The position numbers were made by a program, and so were the translations under genes. DNA of 64,000 nucleotides from Candidatus Bathyarchaeia archaeon (GTDB lineage: Archaea; Thermoproteota; Bathyarchaeia; Bathyarchaeales; Bathycorpusculaceae). Positions within the stretch are counted from its first letter, which is position 1, and each line of letters begins with the position of its first letter. This document shows positions 1 through 9,908 of this stretch, piece by piece. Where the stretch lies: the NCBI GenBank assembly GCA_038883775.1, contig JAVZLM010000007.1:64001-128000 (forward strand), written 5' to 3'. The notes under the pieces are model-generated. The model was not told the DNA's origin and searched no databases. It saw nothing but the letters and a program-made list of their open reading frames with translations.

Positions 1-1
1 A

Positions 2-67
2 GACTGGTATTCCTCCATGAACCTTTATCCCAAAGAAAAAATCGAGGAGTGGAAGAAACGGTTATGA
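2..67 (+). CDS. 3' end of a gene running in from outside the window (DWYSSMNLYPKEKIEEWKKRL*)
   Basis: Frame is open from base 2 to TGA at 65-67, which overlaps the ATG (64-66) of the next gene (ATGA coupling). Confidence 0.5.
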   Translation, partial: DWYSSMNLYPKEKIEEWKKRL

Positions 68-1203
68 AAACTTCCAAGGAAAGCTTCGCTTACACGCCAG
101 GATTGAAGGTAACCCCATGCACATACATAAGAAGACTGCGCAGTCTTCCATTAAAAGGTGAGGTTCTCGTTAAAAAAGGAGAAAAAGTGAATTTTAATAC
201 AACGGTTGCAACATGCTGCATTGAAGGCACACCATACATTGTAAAGGTTGCAGAGCTCTTAGATGTAGACCCAGAAGAAACTGTGCGATACATACTAAAG
301 AAGGAAGGAGATACTATAATTAAAGGAGAACTTTTGGCAAGATACTCATCTTTATTTGGACTAATAAACAAGAAAGTTTTTGCAGAAGTGAGCGGGGTAA
401 TAGAGCGAATAAACGAGATTACTGGACACTTAACTATAAGAGAGCCTCCCAAAAATGTGGAAGTCAAAGCCTACATTAAAGGAAAAGTTGACGAAGTAAT
501 ACCCCAAGAAGCAGCTGTGATAGGAACTTACGCAGCGTTCATTCAAGGAATAATAGGTTTTTCTGGAGAAAGATTTGGAGAAATTAGAATAGCCGTATCA
601 AAACCCGAGGAAGTCCTTGATGCACACATGATAACGGAAAAGGACGCTGGAAAAATAATTGTCGGAGGCGCCCTCGTAACATGCGACGCACTCGAAAAAG
701 CCTGTAAAGCAAAAGTGAATGGAATAGTTGTGGGAGGCGCCAGAATGGAAGATATAGAGAACATTCTCAAGACAAGGATAGGGGTAGCCATAACAGGTAG
801 AGAAGAAATAGGTTTCACATTAATCCTGACAGAAGGATTTGGAAAACTGCCTATGTCTGAAAACACATTCCGCATACTAAAAGAAAATGAAGGAAAAATT
901 GCAGCAATTAACGGCACGACTCAAGTTAGAGCAGGCGTTTTGAGACCAGAAATAATAATACCCTTAGAGGTCAGCAGAAGTGGTCAAAGAGAGAAAGAAC
1001 TCGAGGAAGGAAAAATGAAAGTAGGAAGCATAGTTAGAATAATAAGGTTTCCATATTTTGGGGCTATTGGAAAAGTTATAGAGCTTCCCATTGAGTTGAA
1101 TAAAATAGAAACAGAATCCCTCGTTAGAGTCGTCAAAATAGAATTGTCGGATGGAAGAAAAGTTTTGGTTCCAAGGGCGAATGTTGAAATTATAGCAGAT
1201 TAA
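64..1203 (+). CDS. Uncharacterised protein with barrel-sandwich-hybrid-like repeats and C-terminal KOW-like motif; family usually found next to glutamate-mutase-L-like genes
   Basis: VLVKKGEKV and LKKEGDTI hybrid-type repeats, GVAITGRE, GTTQVRAGV, C-terminal VRIIRFPYFGAIGKV. Start placed at the ATGA overlap. Confidence 0.6.
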   Translation: MKTSKESFAYTPGLKVTPCTYIRRLRSLPLKGEVLVKKGEKVNFNTTVATCCIEGTPYIVKVAELLDVDPEETVRYILKKEGDTIIKGELLARYSSLFGLINKKVFAEVSGVIERINEITGHLTIREPPKNVEVKAYIKGKVDEVIPQEAAVIGTYAAFIQGIIGFSGERFGEIRIAVSKPEEVLDAHMITEKDAGKIIVGGALVTCDALEKACKAKVNGIVVGGARMEDIENILKTRIGVAITGREEIGFTLILTEGFGKLPMSENTFRILKENEGKIAAINGTTQVRAGVLRPEIIIPLEVSRSGQREKELEEGKMKVGSIVRIIRFPYFGAIGKVIELPIELNKIETESLVRVVKIELSDGRKVLVPRANVEIIAD

Positions 1204-1598
1204 GAGGCTTTTTCTAAATAGCCCTTCAAATGTTCTAAAAATTCTTTGTTTTTCTTTTTCTCCAAAAGTTTTAGGACAAAAGTTTTTTCTCTAAACACTA
1301 GGATTATGTTTTCTTCTCTCAAGAAAATGGCGGATAAGAATATTGCGAGTGTTAGTATTAAATAGAATGGATTTTCAGCGTTGAATAGGCTTATTATGGC
1401 GGATATTATTGCCAAGCCTAAAAGGGGTTTGCTAAACCTCCTTTTTAAACCCACTTTAACAAGGTCTGAAAGGTTATACTCTTCCTTCAAAGACTCACTT
1501 ATTACCACTAACTTATCATTTTGAATCATAAATTTCTTCCCCTCTGCGTTGATCTCCATTTGCATCCATCTTTTACAGCAATTCTTTACTCTTTTCAA
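1200..1598 (-). CDS. Small membrane protein (two TM helices); true start may be about 1559-1565
   Basis: Hydrophobic hairpin LLGLAIISAIISLF...FYLILTLAIFLSAIFL; fills the gap between two + strand genes. Confidence 0.6.
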   Translation of the reverse strand: MKRVKNCCKRWMQMEINAEGKKFMIQNDKLVVISESLKEEYNLSDLVKVGLKRRFSKPLLGLAIISAIISLFNAENPFYLILTLAIFLSAIFLREENIILVFREKTFVLKLLEKKKNKEFLEHLKGYLEKAS

Positions 1599-1704
1599 TC
1601 TTAAATGTTATAAACCTTTAGAGGAACGAGAGATTTCAAACCTAAACTGTGTTAAACTTAAATTCCAGTTTGTATAAAAAGCCATTTCCGGTCGGTGTAA
1701 TCGC

Positions 1705-3327
1705 ATGTGGGATATATTGATAAAGGGTGGCAAAGTTGTCGATGGAAGCGGCAATCCATGGTTTAAAGCTGACGTAGCAATTAAAAATGGACGGATAGAA
1801 GATGTCGGCAGCTTAAATTCAAATTCTGCGGATGTTATCATAGACGCTACGAACATGGTGGTTTGTCCAGGTTTTATAGACATGCACTCTCACTCCGACT
1901 TTGCCCTACTCGTAAATAGATTTGCTGAAGGCAAAGTAAGACAAGGAGTAACAACCGAAGTTATAGGAAACTGTGGAAATTCGGCAGCGCCTTTAAACGA
2001 TGAACTAAGGAAGGACATTATGCGGGAGAACCCCATAATACAAGAAGCGGGAATCACGTTAAACTGGTCGAGAATGGAAGAGTTTTTCAAAATTTTAGAA
2101 AACCCTGGAATATCCATAAATGTGGCTGCGTTGGTTGGACATCAGAACATTCGAGTGCTCACGATGGGATACCAAAACAAGCCTCCAACAGAAGAGGAAC
2201 TGGAAGAGATGCGGAGGAATACGGAAGAAGCTATGAAAGCTGGAGCCTTCGGCTTATCGACTGGTCTCATTTACCCGCCCAGCAGTTACGCAGATACAAA
2301 CGAGATAATAGAGTTGGCTAAAGTTGTGGCAAAATATGGTGGTATATACGCTTCCCACATTAGAGGCGAAGACGGACCAAGACTCGCTAATTCTGTTAGG
2401 GAGGCAATTGAAATAGGCGAAAAGGCTGGTGTTTCGGTGGAAATTTCCCACCATAAGGCTCATGGAAAATTGGCTTGGGGCAAGGTTAAAACAACTTTGC
2501 AAATGATAGAAGAAGCCAGAGAAAGAGGCGTAGACGTAACTTGCGACGTTTATCCGTACACTGCAGCCAGCTTTGGATTGAGCGCTATCCTTCCTCCAGA
2601 AGTTCACGAAGGCGGTGTTGACAAAATTTTGGAGAGACTTAGAGATGCGGAATGGCGCAAAAAAATTAGAGAAGAAATGCTAAATGGAATGCCAAACTGG
2701 CCAAGCCCCTTCATAAGCGCCGGATGGGACGCCGTAATGATTTCACACTCGAAAAAGCATCCGGAGTATGAAGGAAAAATGATAAAAGAAATATGCGATT
2801 CGCTTAATATCGACCCATTTGAATTCGTTTTCGACCTATTAATTGAGGAGGAAGCTTCAACAGAGGTTGTAAGGTTTACAATGAGGGAGGGAGACGTTTG
2901 CACCGTTTTGAGCCATCCATTGTCGATGGTGGGTTCAGACGCATCTATTCAAGCAACATATGGCCTTCTCAGCAAAGGGAAACCCCATCCAAGAGCTTAT
3001 GGAACATTTCCCAGAGTTATTAAGAGATATGTTAATGAATTTGGCATTTTAAGGCTTGAAGAAGCAATAAGAAAAATGACTTCACTTCCAGCAAACAAGC
3101 TTAAACTGTTCGATAGAGGACTCATAAGAACTGGCATGTGGGCAGACATAGTAATTTTCAACCCAAGCGTTATATCAGATGAAGCTACTTATTCGGAGCC
3201 TCATCGCTATCCGAAAGGAATTGAGTATGTGATTGTTAATGGGAAAATTGTTATAGAACATGGAGAACACATGAAAGCCTTACCTGGAAAAGTTTTACGC
3301 CTTACCATGAAAAAGCATAGGAGGTGA
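1705..3327 (+). CDS. N-acyl-D-amino-acid deacylase (D-aminoacylase, amidohydrolase superfamily)
   Basis: PGFIDMHSHSD, GVTTEVIGNCG, SHIRGE, HPRAYGTFPR. Confidence 0.9.
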   Translation: MWDILIKGGKVVDGSGNPWFKADVAIKNGRIEDVGSLNSNSADVIIDATNMVVCPGFIDMHSHSDFALLVNRFAEGKVRQGVTTEVIGNCGNSAAPLNDELRKDIMRENPIIQEAGITLNWSRMEEFFKILENPGISINVAALVGHQNIRVLTMGYQNKPPTEEELEEMRRNTEEAMKAGAFGLSTGLIYPPSSYADTNEIIELAKVVAKYGGIYASHIRGEDGPRLANSVREAIEIGEKAGVSVEISHHKAHGKLAWGKVKTTLQMIEEARERGVDVTCDVYPYTAASFGLSAILPPEVHEGGVDKILERLRDAEWRKKIREEMLNGMPNWPSPFISAGWDAVMISHSKKHPEYEGKMIKEICDSLNIDPFEFVFDLLIEEEASTEVVRFTMREGDVCTVLSHPLSMVGSDASIQATYGLLSKGKPHPRAYGTFPRVIKRYVNEFGILRLEEAIRKMTSLPANKLKLFDRGLIRTGMWADIVIFNPSVISDEATYSEPHRYPKGIEYVIVNGKIVIEHGEHMKALPGKVLRLTMKKHRR

Positions 3328-4583
3328 ACAAAATGGAGAAAAAGAAAGAAGAAACAATTTACATAAAAGCGAAACTCCTCATCGACGGCACAGGAAAAGA
3401 CCCCATAACTAATCCGGTGGTTACCGTTAAAGGAGACAAAATCAGCGAAGTCGGGAAAGAAGGAGAAATTGGAATAGTTGAAGGCGCAAAAATTGTTGAT
3501 TTGGGAGATTTAACACTTTTGCCTGGACTAACGGATGCTCATGTTCACATAATGGGAGACAGAAGCTACAGTCCAGCCGAGGACATAATAGTTCCCCACG
3601 ACCTCAAAGTCATTAGAGCTGTTGAAGACTGCCAAAAACTTCTAAAAGCAGGATTCACAATGATGAGAGATGTCGGAAGCTCCATAGCCTTATCACTTAA
3701 GAGGGCAATTAACGAAGGAACCATCATCGGGCCAAGAATATTTGCAGCTGGAAGAACTATTTCGCAGACGGGCGGACATTCAGACCTTCATTACCTTCCA
3801 AGAGAGGAAGTTATAAAAATGGGTGTTTTACTGGCTGACGGCCCGGATGACTGCCGTCGTGCTGCCAGAGAAGCACTGCGAGATGGAGCAGATTTGATAA
3901 AAATAATGTCGACTGGTGGTGTGGGCTCGGAGAAGGATGACCCGCATCACCCACAATTTACTGTGGAAGAGGTGAAGGCTATAACTGAAGAGGCTCACAG
4001 AACTGGAAGAAAAGTTGCCTCTCACGCTCAAGGGGCGGAGGGTGTAAAAATTGCAATTGCTGGAGGAGTTGACTCTATTGAACATGGCTATTTCTTGGAT
4101 GAAGAGGCTGTGCAGATGATGCTTGAGCATAAGGTTTTCTTTGTGCCAACTCTATGTCTAGTAGAAGTTTACAAGAAATCATTAGAAAAACCCTTAGACA
4201 TGCCTCCTTGGAGACTTAGAAAACAACAAGAATGCATAGATGCCATGCCAAAAAGCTTCATGATGGCTTATAAGGCTGGAGTAAAAATCGCTACAGGAAC
4301 AGACTTTTTCGGACCTCCAATGAGAGCCCATGGAGATAATGCTGCAGAACCCATAACTATGGTTAAGTTTGGTATGGCGCCTATGGATGCAATAGTGGCT
4401 GCTACAAAAAATGCTGCTGAATGCATAGGAATCGAAAAAAGCGTTGGTACAGTGGAGAAGGGAAAACTTGCAGATATAATAGCAGTGCAAGGCAACCCGC
4501 TTATAGACATTGAGGCTCTTAAGAAAGTAGAATTTGTCATGAAAGAAGGGGTAATCTACAAGAAGCCACAATCAACCACATAA
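3324..4583 (+). CDS. Metal-dependent amidohydrolase (Xaa-Pro dipeptidase / carboxypeptidase-like)
   Basis: PGLTDAHVH, QTGGHSD, IKIMSTGGV, SHAQG, SIEHG, GTD. Confidence 0.88.
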   Translation: MNKMEKKKEETIYIKAKLLIDGTGKDPITNPVVTVKGDKISEVGKEGEIGIVEGAKIVDLGDLTLLPGLTDAHVHIMGDRSYSPAEDIIVPHDLKVIRAVEDCQKLLKAGFTMMRDVGSSIALSLKRAINEGTIIGPRIFAAGRTISQTGGHSDLHYLPREEVIKMGVLLADGPDDCRRAAREALRDGADLIKIMSTGGVGSEKDDPHHPQFTVEEVKAITEEAHRTGRKVASHAQGAEGVKIAIAGGVDSIEHGYFLDEEAVQMMLEHKVFFVPTLCLVEVYKKSLEKPLDMPPWRLRKQQECIDAMPKSFMMAYKAGVKIATGTDFFGPPMRAHGDNAAEPITMVKFGMAPMDAIVAATKNAAECIGIEKSVGTVEKGKLADIIAVQGNPLIDIEALKKVEFVMKEGVIYKKPQSTT

Positions 4584-4587
4584 AAGC

Positions 4588-5676
4588 CTATAGATTCAGG
4601 CTTTTTCCAAAAATTTGAGGCGTCTCCACATCAACGTTCCACCATGGACTACTCCATTTCTTCTCCACCTTTGGCACAGCATCCAAGACGTTTTGGATGC
4701 GGGAGAAAATTTTTGTAATATCCGCCTTTGAGAATCCTACCTCTTGAAGAGCTGCCTCATTTCTTAGTATGTTTTCTAGATTAAGTTGAAAGGTTAGGGC
4801 GAACTTCTTATCTTTTTCGAGAGTTTTGCGCATTTTGTCTGGGTTTATGTTGTTTTTCTCGTTGCCAATTTCATGGTCAAAGAATAATGCGCATATGTCC
4901 TTCACGTCTTTCTCTTCTATGCCCACCAAAAGGCGGTCACTTCTATAATGGGGGTAGTTGAGAATTCGATATTCCATATGCTGACGGGCGAGTTCGTCTC
5001 GGGCGGAGATGGGCACGTCAAAGATGAATTGACACTTGGAAAGGATGACATTTTCAATGCCTATTGTATACAAGTTTTCTTTTTGAAAGTTGAATTCTTC
5101 GCGGACGTCAACTTTGTGTCTAAGGTCCACAGCATCTGTAAATATATCAAGAACCCCGCATTCTAGCGAACCGTCTTGAAGGATTTTTTCGATTGTTCTA
5201 ACGCGATAGCGTTTTCCAGCCCTCATTGCGTTAAATCTGCAGTCGGAACGAGCTGCGAAATGGTGATATCTTGTCCCGCAAATTTCACTGAGCGATAATA
5301 ATAATTTGTATAGGTCTTGGGCGCGGTTTTTAGGAGCAATAAGGTCTATGTCATTTAATTGGCGGAAGAAGGGGCTTGAGGGTTTGTTTGCGCTAGGGGA
5401 TAACATGCGAACTGCTGCTCCGCCAAAGAATAATGTTGGTATGGGTTCTTTGATGGGCTTTTGAAGAGGTGCTGTTGGAAAAAGCTCCTTTATTCTGTGA
5501 GCGTTAAGTCCAGCCCAAACGGTGACTAAACCTCTTTCCATGGTGAAACTTGATTTGTCAACATAATCTGGTATCTCAAGGCTTTTTCTAATAGTTTCGT
5601 AGTTGACTTTTGAAGTTAATGGCGTTTCAACTTCGTAAGTTGTGCCATCATAGTCTTTGAAGAGGATACAGCGCAC
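4588..5676 (-). CDS. Uncharacterised nucleotidyltransferase-fold protein
   Basis: FFGGAAV...NDIDLI, third Asp in LDIFTD and KDVKDI helix, consistent with a Pol-beta-like NTase. Confidence 0.6.
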   Translation of the reverse strand: MRCILFKDYDGTTYEVETPLTSKVNYETIRKSLEIPDYVDKSSFTMERGLVTVWAGLNAHRIKELFPTAPLQKPIKEPIPTLFFGGAAVRMLSPSANKPSSPFFRQLNDIDLIAPKNRAQDLYKLLLSLSEICGTRYHHFAARSDCRFNAMRAGKRYRVRTIEKILQDGSLECGVLDIFTDAVDLRHKVDVREEFNFQKENLYTIGIENVILSKCQFIFDVPISARDELARQHMEYRILNYPHYRSDRLLVGIEEKDVKDICALFFDHEIGNEKNNINPDKMRKTLEKDKKFALTFQLNLENILRNEAALQEVGFSKADITKIFSRIQNVLDAVPKVEKKWSSPWWNVDVETPQIFGKSLNL

Positions 5677-5811
5677 TGTTAAGTTTCCCCAAACATTACA
5701 ATAAGGGAGAAAACAGAAAAAGTTATTGGTAAAGTCTTAAGGCAATTTTTCCATAAAGTATATTTTGCTGAAAATTCTCATTAAAACTAAAAGTTTGGAG
5801 ATGAAAAAGGG

Positions 5812-6753
5812 TTGCTGAAACTTTTCTTCGCATCAGACGTTCATGGAAGCGACATTTGTTGGAAGAAGTTTTTAAGGGTAATTGAACATTTTAAGGTTGA
5901 CATTGCAATTTTGGGTGGGGATTTAACTGGAAAAATGGTTATACCAATGATTAGGGAGGGCAATGAGTATTCATATGAAATTTTTGGGAGACATATTAAA
6001 ATTACGGCAAATCAGCTTCAAGAAGAAAGTACAAAAATAGCCAATTCTGGTTACTATCCCTATCCATGCGAAAAAGAAGAAGTTGAGCGCTTAAATAATG
6101 ACCCCCAAGCCCAAAAAGACCTTTTCAACCGTCTTATGGTGGAACGCATGCAACAGTGGATGGATCTTGCCTCTGAAAAATTTAAGGGAAAATCCATGCT
6201 TTACGTTTCGCCTGGTAATGACGACCGCTTGGTTGTTGATGAAATTCTTGAAAAGAGCGATTCAGTGGTTGCATGCGAAATGAAGCTTGTCCATCTTCCA
6301 GACGAATATGAGATGGTTTCATGCGGCTGGGTCAATCCGACGCCTTGGAAAACAACAAGGGAAGCACCAGACGAGAAACTTGAACCCATGTTAGAGGGAT
6401 TAATGGCTAAAGCAGAAAATTATGAGAAGCTCATATGCAACTTTCATGCACCACCGTACAATTCTGGGCTTGACACAGCTCCGAGATTAAAGGAAGATTT
6501 TTCAGTTAGAGTTCGCTTCGGGGGTGGAGTGGATTTGGCGCCAATGGGCAGCAAAGCTGTTAGGCATATGATAGAGAAGTATAAGCCTCTTTTGGGGTTG
6601 CATGGGCATATACATGAGTCTGCTGGTTTCAAAAGGTTTAGTAGGACACTATGCGTTAACCCTGGTTCTGAATATGCGGAAGGCATTTTGCGGGGTTACA
6701 TTGTTTTCTTGAGCGGGAACAAGGTTCAGGGACACTGGAGGGTGGCTTGTTAA
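5812..6753 (+). CDS. Calcineurin-like metallophosphoesterase
   Basis: SDVHGS, GGDLTG, PGNDD, FHAPP, LHGHIHE, NPGS. Confidence 0.88.
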   Translation: MLKLFFASDVHGSDICWKKFLRVIEHFKVDIAILGGDLTGKMVIPMIREGNEYSYEIFGRHIKITANQLQEESTKIANSGYYPYPCEKEEVERLNNDPQAQKDLFNRLMVERMQQWMDLASEKFKGKSMLYVSPGNDDRLVVDEILEKSDSVVACEMKLVHLPDEYEMVSCGWVNPTPWKTTREAPDEKLEPMLEGLMAKAENYEKLICNFHAPPYNSGLDTAPRLKEDFSVRVRFGGGVDLAPMGSKAVRHMIEKYKPLLGLHGHIHESAGFKRFSRTLCVNPGSEYAEGILRGYIVFLSGNKVQGHWRVAC

Positions 6754-6867
6754 TTCTTGATTAAATATTAGATTTTCTAAAAAATTGCATAGAAAGTGAA
6801 CTTTTTAAAAAAGGCTTATAAACATATAAATATAATGAAAAAATTGTGCAAATAGGAGAGGGGAAAA

Positions 6868-8460
6868 TTGTCTAAAGCAACTTTTGTAAGAGAAGCCACT
6901 GGGCTTGTCAGAGAATTCGGTCCAATGATGGCACTAATGATGGCAATGAACAACATGATAGGCGCAGGAATCTGGGGACTATCAATAAGAATGCCATACA
7001 CCTACCCAGGCTCAGACCCCACCCTAGCCTTCATAATCGGACTTATTCCAGCCTTCTTCTTCGCCATATCCTACGCATGGCTAGCCTCCTGCATGCCAAG
7101 GGCTGGAGGAGACTACGTTTTCATCTCGAGAACCACAAACCCAGCACTCGGATACGTTGTAACGATAGGAAACTTTCTAGGCAGATGGTTCTCAATAGGA
7201 TTCCTACTATATACGGATGTAACTTTATGGGCTATCGCCTTTAGAATGCTTGGAAAAGGAACAGGCAATACTGCCCTTGCTGATTTTGGATCCTGGCTTG
7301 CCGCTGCTGACCCCACAATAAAAATTGCTTGCGCACTGTTTCTGCTTTTCACTGTGTGGTTGTTTTTGACGATTGGAGGAAAAGCATTCAAAGCTTATAC
7401 AGCAATAATATGGCTTATTCCCATAATAGGCGCACTAGCTTGCATAGCTCTAAACTACGCAAACCCATTCAACCCCGCATCCTTCCAAAGCACATGGGAT
7501 GCGGTCTGGGGCATCGGATCTTACAACGAAATTGTTTCGATTGCTCAAAAATACAATTATAGTCCCACAGCACCGAATTTCGATGCTACAATTCGAGCAG
7601 TTGCAGGAGCAGCCCTTTTCGCCTATTCTGGATTCCACAATCCTGCTCAATGGTCTGGTGAGATAAAAAACCCGAAAAGGAACTTGTTGATCGGAATAAT
7701 AGGAGGCACTCTCATCACAGCCGTCATATATATAACTTTGGCAAATTCTGCGTTTTACGCTGGAGGAGAGTTTATTTCAAAGTATAACTGGGCATACTAT
7801 AAGGGTACAGCATCAGACTTCGTAATCACTCCTAGAATTGAACCAGTTTTGCCAATGTTCGGTGTTATCTTCGCTGGAGGAAACGTCCTTCTAGCATTTT
7901 TGATAGCTACAGCTGGCGCCTTCAGCCTTTACCACGTAAATCCTGCCGCTTTAATGATGGAAACTAGACGTGTATTCTCTTTGGCTTTTGACAGGCTGTT
8001 TCCAGAAAGGTTCGCTGATGTTAGCGAAAGATTCCATACGCCAACTTGGGCAATATTGTTCATGGTGATTGGTGGAGCCATAGGCATAATCATTTCTTCA
8101 CCAGTTTTGGGTCCGCTGAGAACTTTGGCGGGTGGAATTAATGCAACTTTCATGTATTTGCTTGGCTATTTGTTCACTGGACTTGCTTTGGCTTTGTTGC
8201 CGATAACTAAGCCTGAAATTTACGAAAGCATTAAGGTTGAGGTTGCTGGAGTACCAGTTCCAGCCATATGCGGTGTTGCTGCTTTTGCTTTGGGCATATT
8301 CTTCTTCGCCGCAAACGCCCAAGTCATGGCGCCACTGGACATTTTCATATCTTGTCTCGTTTTAGGAATAGGCTTGGCGCTATACATTTACTACGCTTAC
8401 AAGAACAAGAAAATGGGCATAGACCTGAAAACACTACTTAGCGAAATACCACCAGAGTAG
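6868..8460 (+). CDS. APC-family amino acid permease
   Basis: FVREATGLVRE N-terminus, MPRAGGDYV, GEIKNPKRN, AFDRLFP, about 12 TM segments. Confidence 0.9.
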   Translation: MSKATFVREATGLVREFGPMMALMMAMNNMIGAGIWGLSIRMPYTYPGSDPTLAFIIGLIPAFFFAISYAWLASCMPRAGGDYVFISRTTNPALGYVVTIGNFLGRWFSIGFLLYTDVTLWAIAFRMLGKGTGNTALADFGSWLAAADPTIKIACALFLLFTVWLFLTIGGKAFKAYTAIIWLIPIIGALACIALNYANPFNPASFQSTWDAVWGIGSYNEIVSIAQKYNYSPTAPNFDATIRAVAGAALFAYSGFHNPAQWSGEIKNPKRNLLIGIIGGTLITAVIYITLANSAFYAGGEFISKYNWAYYKGTASDFVITPRIEPVLPMFGVIFAGGNVLLAFLIATAGAFSLYHVNPAALMMETRRVFSLAFDRLFPERFADVSERFHTPTWAILFMVIGGAIGIIISSPVLGPLRTLAGGINATFMYLLGYLFTGLALALLPITKPEIYESIKVEVAGVPVPAICGVAAFALGIFFFAANAQVMAPLDIFISCLVLGIGLALYIYYAYKNKKMGIDLKTLLSEIPPE

Positions 8461-8493
8461 CCCGCTTTCATTTCCACTTTTTTCTTATTGTTG

Positions 8494-8685
8494 CTATGGT
8501 CCAGTGAAGCCGCATTTTGGACATTTATAGGGGCGCCCAAACTTTCGGCATTTTCCACAACGCCTTATGAGGATTTCTCCACAGTTCGGGCATAGAAATT
8601 TTGTGGCTTCTTCTCCTGGAGCTATGGGTTTGCCACAGCTTGTGCATGTTACGAGGGCTAGGGTTGTTTTTTCTGCCATGATCAT
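8494..8685 (-). CDS. Double zinc-ribbon protein (DUF1610 / HVO_2753 family)
   Basis: CTSCG...FLCPNCGE...RCGKCRK...[11 protein letters not shown]. Confidence 0.9.
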   Translation of the reverse strand: MIMAEKTTLALVTCTSCGKPIAPGEEATKFLCPNCGEILIRRCGKCRKFGRPYKCPKCGFTGP

Positions 8686-8786
8686 TCCTCATTGATAGCT
8701 TTTGTATTTGTAATGCTTCCTTATATTTTGTGTGTTTTTCGCAAGTTTATTATTATAGTCTTATGCTATATTTTCACGGGGTTGTT

Positions 8787-9821
8787 TTGGGAGTAAACCT
8801 TCGGGATTTGGTTCCTAAAAAAATTGTTAGACTTGAGGATTTAAGCGGAAAATCCATAGCCATAGACGCTTATAATGCATTATATCAGTTTTTGGCTATA
8901 ATCCGCCAGCCAGACGGCACACCGCTAAAAGATACTATGGGAAGAATTACAAGCCACTTAAGCGGTCTCCTTTATAGAACAAGTAACCTTGTGGAAATGG
9001 GAATAAAACCAATCTACGTTTTTGATGGGACACCGCCCACGCTTAAGGAAGTGGAAATAAAGAGGCGCATGAAAGCAAAAGAGGAAGCCCTAATAAAATA
9101 TGAACAAGCCATAAAAGAGGGCAAAATAGAAGAAGCTCGAATGTATGCGCAAGCAACATCCCGCCTAAAAGATTACATGGCAGAAGACAGCAAAAAACTC
9201 TTGGATTTGATGGGAATTCCATGGATTCAAGCACCAAGCGAAGGTGAAGCCCAAGCAGCGCATCTAGTAAAACTTGGAGATGCCGATTACTGTGCAAGTC
9301 AAGACTATGACAGTTTGCTTTTTGGCGCCCCGAGGCTTGTGAGAAACGTGACGATTTCTGGACGGCGAAAGCTTCCAAGCAAAAATGTTTACATTGAAGT
9401 TATTCCAGAAGTTGTGGAGTTGGAAAGTGTTCTGCGAGAGTGCGATATAACTTATGAACAGTTAATTGATGTGGGTATACTCATTGGAACGGACTTTAAT
9501 CCAGACGGCATTAAGGGTTTGGGACCGAAAACTGCCTTAAAACTGATAAAAGAGCATGGAAATATTGAGAATGCCATGCCATATTTGAAAAATGCGGAGT
9601 TTCCAGTTGAACCTCAAAGAATTAGGGAAATCTTTCTCCATCCAAAAGTTACGGATAACTATAAAATAGAATGGAAAGAACCAGACGTGGAAGGCATTGT
9701 AAACTTCATTTGTAGAGAAAGAGACTTTTCAGAAGACCGGGTTAGAAAGGCAGTGGAGAAAATGCAGAAGGGCATAACAAAACAAAAGGGAAAAACGACG
9801 CTGGAAGAGTGGTTTAGATAG
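8787..9821 (+). CDS. fen: Flap endonuclease 1
   Basis: GVNLRDL N-terminus (TTG start), IDAYNALYQFL, PSEGEAQAA, SQDYDSLLFG, GTDFN, C-terminal PIP-like TLEEWF. Confidence 0.97.
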   Translation: MGVNLRDLVPKKIVRLEDLSGKSIAIDAYNALYQFLAIIRQPDGTPLKDTMGRITSHLSGLLYRTSNLVEMGIKPIYVFDGTPPTLKEVEIKRRMKAKEEALIKYEQAIKEGKIEEARMYAQATSRLKDYMAEDSKKLLDLMGIPWIQAPSEGEAQAAHLVKLGDADYCASQDYDSLLFGAPRLVRNVTISGRRKLPSKNVYIEVIPEVVELESVLRECDITYEQLIDVGILIGTDFNPDGIKGLGPKTALKLIKEHGNIENAMPYLKNAEFPVEPQRIREIFLHPKVTDNYKIEWKEPDVEGIVNFICRERDFSEDRVRKAVEKMQKGITKQKGKTTLEEWFR

Positions 9822-9908
9822 TTTCTGATAATAAGATTGTACGGCTAAATGGAAATCTTTAACTTGAGATGACATCAATAAAAGGAATTCTTTAAAAGGT
9901 GAAGATTC

